Part shown: one piece after another, positions 51,573-62,738 of the stretch
Layout of the letters: the number at the start of each line of letters is the position of its first letter
Numbering within the stretch: position 1 is the stretch's first letter
Assembly (NCBI GenBank): GCA_048013815.1
Contig: CM106585.1
Span: 17,174,001 to 17,238,000 of the forward strand
DNA: 64,000 nucleotides
Origin: Setoptus koraiensis
Taxonomy: Eukaryota; Animalia; Arthropoda
Direction: 5' to 3'
Translations under genes and position numbers: made by a program
Notes under the pieces: generated by a model
Seen by the model: only the letters and a program-made list of their open reading frames with translations
What the model was told of the DNA's origin: nothing
Databases searched by the model: none

Positions 51573-52906
51573 GTCTCGGTGACTCAAGTTTCAATTTTTC
51601 ATTCATTTCTCAATTTTGGGCCGTGCCTCTGTCGCCATTGCGAGCGCTCGTCGGCGTTGTTGTTGGCGTGGTTGTTGTGGGCCGCCGAAAAATGTGAAAA
51701 TGTCGCCCTGTCGCCCGTCGGCTGTCACTCGCCAAAATCAACAGCGGGCAGCGATTAGTCGCGAGCGCGTTGTGCGGCGCGAGACCCGCCGGCGGCGCCC
51801 TGTGCGCGGTCTCGGCGACCGTCGTCGAGGGCACACGTCTTTGATTGGCCTCCAGTGTCGACTCTGTGCCAGTGCCGGCTGTGTCTCGCCGCGACTGCCG
51901 TCCGAGCGGGCCGCAAACCGCGTCGAAGCGGGCCGAAGAAGCGGGCCGAAGCCGCTCGAAGAAGCGGGCCGGAGCGGCTCGAGCAAGTCCGCGAGCCCCC
52001 AAGCCGTCGACGGCACGAACATGAATCATTTTCGGGCCTGTTGTCGCTATGCTCGCCGTGACCCGCGAGGCTCGTCGCGTCGGCCATCATCCGCGTCGCT
52101 GTCGCTGGCATGGTCGCATGGTTGCGTCGTCGCGTCATTGGCGCTTCGAGCGGCATCGGGCGGCTTCGAACGGCTTCGGGCGGCTTCGAGGCGGCTGCGA
52201 GCCAATTTGGAGCCGTGCGTTTGACACACGAATCGCATTAGCGACTTTTTGATAAAGTCTCAATGAGCGCCCCCAACGACGACGACGACGACGGCCACGA
52301 CGACAGGCAGAGCAATTTTGAGATTTTTCAGCTTGTAAACGCTTGTTCGAGCGCACAATGACATGTATGCGTGCGATATGATATGCAGATGACGATTTGC
52401 GTACGACGCCGAGCGCTCGACGATGATGCTCAGGCCCCGCTGCAGCCGCGACACAAACAAACATAAACATGTTACGACTTTTACAACTTTCGCTAATGGG
52501 CGACATGGCGCTCGCTGTCGTTGTTGCCGCTGCCGTCGTCGTTGTTGTTGTTGTTGTTGTTACATACAATTTTATAATATTGCGGCGCTGCCGTTGTCGC
52601 AACCATTATCATAATGATAATGATGATGATGATTATTATCATCATTATCATTATGGATATGCGATATTTATATGTATCATTTTCGCTGATACTGGCGCTG
52701 TCGTCTGGCAATTGTCGTCTCGTCTCGCGATTGTCAGCTCGTCTCGTCGCGCATTTCAGCCCGGCAGCTCGGCAAGGCTGCCGCTCGACGGGCCACGCAA
52801 GCGCCAGCGAGACACGGCAAATATGCAAATGTGCAAATAATAATCAGCGGCTCCCGTTCGTCGCTGCGCCCTCGCGCCGCTTCGCGAGCCCGCCAATCGC
52901 TCGAGT

Positions 52907-52974
52907 CTCCACTAGAGACTCTCCACTGGAGACTCTCCACTAGAGACTCTCAACTAGAGACTCTCTACTAGAGG
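52907..52974 (+). repeat. 14-nt minisatellite CTCCACTAGAGACT x5
   Basis: Direct reading. Confidence 0.9.
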
Positions 52975-53987
52975 CCCTCGAATCCGCAGAATTCGCAGAA
53001 TCCGCAGAACCCGCAGAATCCACAGAATCTCTCGTAGCTCGAAGCCAGCGAATCGCTCGAAGCCAGCGAATCGCTCGACGCCAGAGAATCGCTCGAATCC
53101 GGAGAGTGTCGCCCTGTCGCCGGCGCGCGAGTCTCGCCCGTGTCAAGCCATTGGCGGGTGCTGCTCAAATGGTCGCGTCGCTGCTCAAATTATCGCTGCT
53201 AGCGTGACACGTCGGCCACTCGCCGCATGGCAAGCCGCCATGGTCGCCAACAGATATGAATATGGCGGACGAATCTCGTCGGCGCCGGCCCGGCACCGCC
53301 CGCGAATCGGCCCGACGTTCGTCCAAAATCAGCCGCGAGTCAGCCCGACGCCAGCCCGATATCCGACCGACGCTCGCCCGATATCCGCCCAACCCCAGCC
53401 CGATATCCGCCCAACGCTCGCCTGATATCCGCCCGAAATTAGCGCCGCCCGAGAGAGTCCGATTAGCGGAACGAGCCGCTCGAGCGAATTGAGTCGCGAA
53501 GCGGACTTTCGCAGCAGGCGAACAGCCAAGTGGCACAGTGAGCCGCTTGTTGCGAAGCGGATTGTTGCGCGAATAACAAGTTCTCATCAGCGAAGGCGGC
53601 GGCTTGTTCGCGAATCGCTTGCGTCTGTCGCTTGCACCAAAACGAGCATGACGAATATGACGAGCGAGTGGCTGGCATTGTTTTCGCTATGTGAGTTGCG
53701 CAATCACCACAACCAATACTAACAGCAGCGGCGCCTAATTAAGTCAATCGCGCAACCAATCGTCGCCATTGTTGTGTTGATGTTACCAATTCCATTGTTG
53801 TTACATAATGCACAACAATAATAATAATGTTTGCGCACTGTCGCTGTTGGCCGACTGTCGCAACTGTGATACATACAAATACATACATGTGAGCGGCGTC
53901 GCGTCTAATTACCGACGGCGACGATGCGATATGACATATGTCACACATTCATCATGCCAGGCTGCCTGTGATAAATGTGTCGCCGGC

Positions 53988-54095
53988 CGATATGATGAGT
54001 CTGTGCGATATGATGAGTTTGTGCGATACGATGAGTCTGTGCGATATGATGAGTTTGTGCGATATGATGAGTCTGTGCGATATGATGAATCTGTG
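53988..54095 (+). repeat. 18-nt minisatellite CGATATGATGAGT(C/T)TGTG x6 with 36-nt alternation
   Basis: Units at 53988, 54006, 54024, 54042, 54060, 54078. Confidence 0.93.
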
Positions 54096-57000
54096 CGACA
54101 AAGCGATCTGAATCGCGCCCTGTGCAAACACATCTACATCCATTATTACAGTGATATAACATTATTACAGTGATATAACATTATTATAGTGATATGATAA
54201 TATTATGTAACAGCATCGTCGAAATGCGCCCGTCGAGGGCGCCCATGAGACACGTCACAAGGTCGACAGTGTTGCACAGTTATTTTATTTTAAATTTTCG
54301 CCTTGCGACGGATCGTGTGGCCAGCGGGCCGGTCGTTTCTGGGGGACGGGCCTCTGGTGGACGGGCCTCTGGTGGACGGGCCGGCCTTGTTGCTTGTTGA
54401 TCTCCGCAACTCGCGCTTGTTTTGCCCGAATACCCGGTTTCGACAAATCAACAACTGACCACATCGAATGGCTGCCAGCGGGATCAAATGTCAGCTTTTT
54501 GAGCGTTGTCCCGTCAACGTGACAACGCTCAAAAAGCCGGCCCGAATGGCGGGCTCAACAGACGACTCGCCGCCAGTGGCCAGATAAACATGAATGGCAG
54601 CGGGCAATTTGGGCCCGATCTGCAGCGGTCAGTTGGGCGAGCGTGTTCAATTATCAGCACAACTGGCCCAAGTCACTGATTCATGTGCAACACTCATGTA
54701 AATCTGTGCACAATGGCCGCTCATACATTGTGTGTCATACAAAGAGGCAGACAGAGACATCATTTGGCAGCCAACGGAAGGGCGCTCTAATGGAGGCGTC
54801 CCCACTAATGGTGGCCCCGATGCTGGCGCGGAACGGGCCTCGGAACCCGTTGGAACCCGCTGAAACCCGCTGAAACCCGTTGAAACCCGCTGAAACCCAT
54901 TGGAGCCCGTTGGAGCCCACTGGAGCCCACTGGAGCCCACTGGAGCCGTCACAACGTTGCTAACGGGCGACGCTTTGGTCGCGTTCGGCCAAATGTGGCC
55001 GCCGCTCGGGTGAAAGGGGCGCCAATATTGCCGTTATGCCGGCTTGTTTGTGTGCCCCTCAAAATGGATTAAAAGAGAAGAAATCAAACAGAGAGTGCAT
55101 GCACGTGAAAGATGCACCCATCGGGCGTGCATAAGCGAGCCGGCGGACAGAGACAGAAAGGGATAAAACGAAATGACAGCGCGTTCGGGGCGCATTCGAG
55201 GCGCATTTCGAGAACGCGTCGCATCGGTGCCACTCAGCGATACAGATAATGCAGTGGGCGCCGGCCACAAGACTGATGATGAAACTATTGTACATTTGAT
55301 TCATTATATTGGGGCCGCTTTGTTTGCATCTCCTCGCAACGACACAAGCACCGCAGACAACAGCAACAACAGCGACAACAACAACAACCACGGCCACGAC
55401 GACAGCAACGACAGAACAAAACATTTACATCATTCATGCGCACACAAAACGGCGAGAATCAATTCGTACTGCTGTTGCTGTTGTTGCTGCTGTTGTTGCT
55501 GTTGTCGCTGTTGTTGTCAGTGGCGCTGTTGTTATTGTTGTTGTTGTCGCTGGTGCTGCTGTCAGTGGTCAAGTGGAGGCGAAAGGGGAAAGGGGCTCGC
55601 GCACACAGCGACATGCGGCGACATGCGGCGACACGCAAGAACAAATGCGACAGCAAGCGAATGCCAAAATGATATTTACTTTATATAATATCATCGTGCA
55701 TAAAGATAATTGAGGCCCGTCCGGCCGGGCGCTTTGTCCGACACAGCACTCAGTGTTGCTGTGTGCGGCGTGTCACTCGTGTCAGCTGACCATTGGCACA
55801 GAGTGCTCTGGCCAATGTTGCTCGAGTGAGTTGTCTCCCCTTTTTCGATTGGTCAGATTGTTGACAATTGTTGTGTATTGCATAACAATGGTCAGTGTGT
55901 GACAAACAAAAGTAAACAACACTGGCCGCTATTGTTGTTCGCTTACCAATGCTGCCAAGCTGACAAATGTAAATGCATCACAAATATTAAACTATTACAA
56001 GTGCACACACACACACACACACGACTTAGTCGTGACGACTAATGTATTTCAATGTAATTGCATGTAATCGGCGCCCCCGCAGCAAACAATTGTGCGTATT
56101 TGTTTGTGTGTCATCGGGACTGTATGTCATCGCCACTGTGTGTCATTACGACACTGTCATGGCAAGTGGCACAGAGATGCATCTGGCACCGGCGCAATGT
56201 CGCTATCGGCACAGTCTACCTAACCAACCAAAACCAACCAAAACCAACCAAAACCAACCAAAACCAACTGTAAACAATCGCAAGCTTTAAACTGGTCACT
56301 CTAGGGCCAGCTGGCCTGACCTGTGTCTCAAAAATGCTCGCCTGCCTGCAACGCTGAATGTGTCACAATAATCGTAGTCGACTGACTGATTATTGTGCAA
56401 TTGTGACTGACCAATGACTGACCGATCACTGAGCAGCGGGACAGTGGCCGCGCGAGTCAAATCGTCGCTTGTGGGCCCCCAAGAGGTTCCACAAAAATGC
56501 CCAAGATGCCCAAAATGTCCAAAATGCCCCAGATGCCAACCATATGACAGGCCAACGTGCACGCAATGAGCCCAGGCAGAGGAAAAAAATTGCGGGCTTC
56601 AGTCAAATAATCAATGCGCCAAGTCAAATAATCAATGCGTCAAGTCAATAATCAATTACGTCGAAATGGAATCACTGGCAATTGTGGGCTCGTTGCGACA
56701 TTGTTTCGACAACAATAATGAATATCCGCATAATGGATATTCATAATGGTTCGGCGTAGCGTGGCCAGGTCACTGGTCGCTGTCTGACCCGACTTCCTGT
56801 CGGCGAACAGTGGCATCGCTGTGCCACTTGTCTACCAGTGGTTTTCTGTGCTTTGCGTGCGCCGCTTCCGTTGCGTCAGAGTGGTTGCGTCAGCGTTGTT
56901 GCGCCAGAGTGGTTGCGACACAGTTTGCGCCAGCAGTGGTCGCGACAACGGCTCGCTAACAGCGCAGCTTACGCAACAGCCTGTGCAGACACCTGTCGCG

Positions 57001-60000
57001 GCTTGTCCGTGTTGTGTGCTTGCGCAATGTTGATGCGAAGCAAGCAGCGGTCAACAGCAGCAACAACGACAACAGCGACAACGACGACAACAACGACAAC
57101 GACGACAACAAGTGTTTGGCGCTGTGGTATGCGCACCACACCGGTCCATTGATCATTGATTATTGTACATTGATAAACATTGATACACATTGATATACAT
57201 TGATTAGCATGGATGGCCGGTTCGCTGGATGCATTGGCGAGCATTTGTATCCATGGGCCGTGCATTATCCGTCGCACATTATTGGCTGTCGGTGTGTGTG
57301 TGTGTGTGTGCGTGTGATCCAATTGGCACAACGCGAACAAAGACAACGAACAGCATTGATTCTTTTGTTTTGTTGTCGGCGTTTTTTGCGCGATTCTCTG
57401 CCAGCTCGACATTGGCGTCGCTGCGAACATTGCGATCTGGCTCACAGCAAATCACTGCAGCTCACTCACAATTTGCTGTGAGCCAGATGCCGGCGGCGGC
57501 CACAGCGATCCGACTGGCCAGTTGGCATGACAACGAGCGGCCACTTGTTGTCGATAACAAGTATAGTATAATAAGTATTTTGAGCTGACACTGTGCTGGT
57601 GCAGCAGCAGCCATTACATAACAATACCACCTGTATCCCCGCACCGTGTTGCACCGTGCATCACCATGTATCACCGCACCGTGCACCACCTTGTATCACT
57701 GCACCGTGCATCGCCACAGCATGTGATACCATGTACATAACATGGCGTGTGTAATGATGTTATTGTCGTTGATTTATTATTATTTATACATGAACAAGCA
57801 GCCATTTTTCCAGCCTGCTTTTCTTGTGCACCGTGTGCACACAATAATGTGTGCATTACATAATAATGCACACATTATTGTGTGCCTATGCATTCATCGG
57901 GCAGCATGTTGCGCAATCGAATCAGTGGCATCCGCCAATTGGCGCCATTGTGGTCTCGTTCTGGCCAGTTGCGTCATTGTTCATCGGCCACTCCGACAGC
58001 GCCGACACCAGCAACAACAACGGCAACAACAACACCAACAACCACATCATGCAACCGCAGCTCGCAAAGCTGCTGTTGTCGCTGTTGTTGCTGTTTGATT
58101 AGATGCACGCAAACAACTCGTCGCGTTGGCTTTTATGGCTTCGTTGCCCCGTCTGACCCCAGCAACCGAGCGCCGCACAAGCGAGCTCGCCGGCCGCCAT
58201 CATCATATTCATTGTATATTTTTATGTTCTATATCGGCTGCAATCGCCGGATTATTGTTGTTGTTGTTGTTGTTATCTATAGCATTGTCTATTGCCATTT
58301 ATTGCCGTCTACTGCGGCTCTACTCTGCCATCCTCTGTGGATGGCAAAATCCACGGCTCTCGCCACTGTGCCCCGTCCACTGCTCGCGTTACTGTGCGCC
58401 GCTCCATTCTATGCGCGTCTATGCGCGTCTATGCGCGTCTGTGCCGGCCCGTCCGCGCGCAAAATAGTGGCCAAACCAATGGCAGTGGCCGAGTCTAGGC
58501 AAATCTGGCCGAATCGCATCGTATCGAATCGCATCGAATCCGGCCGAATCCATTCGTTGATTTATTGGCGATTCGACGCGCTCGATCGATGCACAATCGG
58601 CTCGCGTTGCACGGTCGTCTGTCGCACACACACACACATTCTAATGATGCCAACGCGCCGCCGACCTATACACTTACTTGTTAAACAGACAGAGGTCAGC
58701 CGATTATTAAATGGCCGGCGTCGTTCGTCAGTTGTCCGACAGTGGAACGAGTTTGCCGATCGGCCGAGTTTATCGAACGCATCGATACACCGGCCATAGC
58801 CGGCGCACTCGAGTCAGTCGGCGCACTCGACGCACTCGGCTCACTCGATATACTCGATATTGCCGACATACTCGACATACTCGACATACTCGACATACTC
58901 GATATACTCGATATAGGACATGGACGCAACAGCAACAACAGCAACAACAACAACAACAATAATAGCAATAATAATAATAATAATGAGAGCGTCGGTCGGC
59001 CGGCGAACGCCCGCCAGACTCTGGCGGCCAGAGACACACAAATCATTACACAGCGGCCAGCGCAACATTTAATTAGCTGAGGTGACGTGATTAATTAACA
59101 TCATCATGCGATCTGATTGAGTCATCATGATTATTTGCATACAATCATGCTCGCCGATGCTCCGAAACGAGCGATCGCTGATTTATAGCCACCAGTGGAG
59201 CCTATCGAGCCGCCCGACGATGCGAGCGACGATGCGAGCGACGATACATGCGCCGCTTCAATTAATTTATGCGCCAACGGCCAATGAAACAGCGCCAGCC
59301 AATGAAAAAGACAAACTTTGTTAAAAATTAATGACACTGCCATCATAACTAGCAAACATTGTGTCTCGGCTCCATTTATAGGAGCGGCAACATTGTGCGA
59401 ATGCACTTGTCATGTTTTGGCCCAACTAGCTAAAACATGATATCGCATATCATATCATGATTTCATGTTACTTTTGGCCGCCGTCTCTCGCTCGCTCGCT
59501 GTGTCGGCGGCTCGGCGTGTCGGCGGCTCGGCGGCTCGGCGTGACGGCAGACGGAGACGGACGCACGGTGGCGCTTACCCCGCTCATTACACTTGCGCAG
59601 CCATGTAAACAATGTTACATAATTGGCGCCGCATGCTGTCTAGTCGGTCGCTGGCAGTGTTACGCAAGAGCTGCCAATGATGCCGATGCTCCATTGGCAT
59701 CGGCTGGCATTGGCTTGCTCGCCAGCTGTCTGCTGCCTACCACGGCACCAGTGCAGCTGACTCGCCATTGCTCTATCATCATAGAGCCATGGCGTCATAC
59801 ACGATGATGGAGGCGGCCGTCATAGAGGCTGATGAACAGCGAGCAAATCAAAATTATTATCGCGCTCATTTGCATAAACTATTTGCCAATAGCATGATGG
59901 GAATGTTTATATTTGCATATTCTCTGCACCAACAAACACAAACATGCAACAAACGGCCAAGTGACGCCCGTGACGCAACACAAGACGGCGCGACATAGGA

Positions 60001-60442
60001 AATGCGGCGACTGCATCGCCGCTCATCCAGCCCTCGTTTGCCTATCACTATTACTACTATTACTATTTCTATAACTATCACTATAACTATTACTATTTCT
60101 GCAACTATTACTATTTCTGCAACTATTACTATTTCTACAGCTATTATTATTACTATTACTATTATTATCAGCGATTATTGCGCATTGTTGTTCGCCTCAC
60201 AGCCGAAATAATTGTCGTCGCTGTGCAAAACGCACACGCCGCTCTTGCGCAGACAGTTGTCGTCGTGCCATTGTTACACATTGTGTTGTGTCTATTGTGT
60301 TGGCGCCAGCAGCACACACAGCCAGCGAGGGGCGCCCACTCGAACGGGCCCCAAAGACAAAAGATTTTCCACAATATCTGGCAAATCGGCAATTGGCATT
60401 TTTCAGGCCAGCGAACGAGCGAACGACTGGCGTTGTTGCGAC

Positions 60443-60532
60443 GGCATTATCACGTTGGCATTATCACGTTGGCATTATCACGTTGGCATTATTGCGTTGG
60501 CATTATTGCGTTGGCATTATTACGCTGGCATT
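60443..60532 (+). repeat. 14-nt minisatellite GGCATTATCACGTT x6.4
   Basis: Three identical copies, then diverged copies. Confidence 0.9.
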
Positions 60533-62705
60533 GTTATTATTGTGCCGTTGTTACCTTTGTGCGGCACAAATTGTGCCATTGCAAAACGGTTTGGTGTCAC
60601 TGTAAAATGGTTTGGTGCCATTGCAAAATGGTTTGTAAATGGCGCCGAGCGCGACCTATATCGGCGGCGGCGCACGCGCGCAATCATACTCATAACCATA
60701 TTCATATTCATATTTGTGCGCGCGCGCATCGCGCTCGTGGCTCGCGAGCTCACAGCGAGCTCGCGCGGTCAAGCGGCTCAGCAGGGCGTCCTATAAAGGC
60801 GCAATGAAGGTTGCGCCTGTGCTGGCTGTGCGAAACGCTCGCTGAGAACAATCGGCCAACCAGAGATCAATTGCGATTGTTTGCGCTGCGCGTCAACAGC
60901 TGTACTTGTGGTTTTGGATTGTGGCAATTAAAGTGGCCAGGGTCAAACATGACAGCCGAGTGTCGCTGCCGGTCGGGCCGGCTCCGGCGGCGAACGGCCG
61001 CGAACGGCCGCGAACCGCCTCGAACCGCTGCGAACGTTCATGTTGCGCGGCGAATATTCGAATTGTGTTCGAGTGCGCGTTCGAGCCGCGCTCGAATTCT
61101 GAGCGAGCGTCGCGGCGTTCGAATTGTGAGCGAACATCGCGGCGCTCGAGTCGGAATATCGCGGGTCGGAATATCGCGGCTTGCGTGCCCTTGAAACGCG
61201 CACAATGTTGATCGGCCCATCGAACGATGCTTCATCAAAATGATAACAACAACAATAACAATCATGTCGCTGTTGTTGTTGTGTCTCTATGCAGATTTAA
61301 TGCCATTTAATGCGATATTGTGCGCGGCCCAACGAGGGGCACACACACACGCACAACGGTGGACATAACAATTAATGACGGCAGCCACTGCGCCAGTGCA
61401 ACTGTATGGCACTAAATTATCCTATATCTGCCCGAATTATCCCACACCACATGTAGCACACACGCACACACACACGCACACACTGGCCATGTAAAATTAT
61501 TTTACATCGGGCAGCATGTAAAAATGCAGGGCAAATGCAAGAATAAATGCGCAGATAAATGCAAAATAAATGCCCGAATAAATGTAGTGACGCGCCAGAC
61601 GCGAACAAGTTGGACATAAATCGTTCAATAATAACATCGCGCCAGCGAAACGTTATGATATGACGACGCGAACATGAGCAACAGTTGTTATCTGTCCGAG
61701 CGTCTCTATATCATTTGTTTGTACGGCCATCAAATGGCTTCAAAAATCGAGTTCGGTTGACAGGCATCGGCAACGGCCGCAGACAACAAGCGATAGATCA
61801 ATTTTAATTGGCTCTCACTGCACAACTCAGGCCAGCCACTGCCCGGCCGGCCGGCCGCTTGACCGGTCACTCGCGCCGCTCGGCCAGTCGGTCGGGCAAC
61901 CAGCGACGCGACTCGACCGCAACCACCGCTTGCTGCCGGTGCGCGCCAGTGGCGCCATCCCACGGTGTCGGGCCGGCGCGCCTCGGGGCCTGTGCACAAG
62001 CCGCTATTGTTGCAATCACTTGTAATCGCCCGCCACACTGTTATCATAGTATCGTGATAGTATCATGATGATGCACACCATGCCCAATTTGCGCCCTCTC
62101 GTGCCCGGTGCCCGAGTGACACAGCGAGCTGGATATCGATAGCAAAGAGCTGCAAATCGGCCGACTAACAATTGTAAATTGAATTAACTGCCCCCAATTC
62201 ACTCTGCCACTTTCAACAGCCAAGCCCAGCAAATACCTTGCTCGACTGCCGCAAAAGTTGACGTTGTTGTTGTTGTCGTTGTTGCTGTTGCTGTTGTCGT
62301 TGTTGTTGTTGCTGTCGTTGTTGCTGTCGCCCCGTCGGTGTTGCAGTCAAATAGATGGATGAATTCACACGAGCCAACGCGCATTGCCTGGAGCTATTCG
62401 CGGGGCGCCATCTGTCGGTCGTTGTGGAACATTTTCGCTACATAACATAGTTTGCTCAAATAATAGATAGATAGATAGAAAATGGCGCTAGTCGCAAGCT
62501 GACTATGATTATGGCGTGCTGTGTGGTTGTTGCGTTGTTGGCACGAGCATCAAATTGAGCAAGGCCAACAAATACAAGATTTGTGTTGTTGCGCAAGTTG
62601 TTGTGTTGTTAAATTAGCTGCAAATTAGATCGTGCAGCTCATTAGCGTTGGCATTGTGCGGCTGCTATTTGCGTAATTGTACACGCCGCCGCCGCCGCCG
62701 CCAAC

Positions 62706-62738
<33 letters not shown>

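Noticed and set aside
15496-60532. Regular repeat arrays as possible CRISPR
   Set aside because: Head-to-tail units with no unique spacers, no cas genes, and a eukaryotic context.
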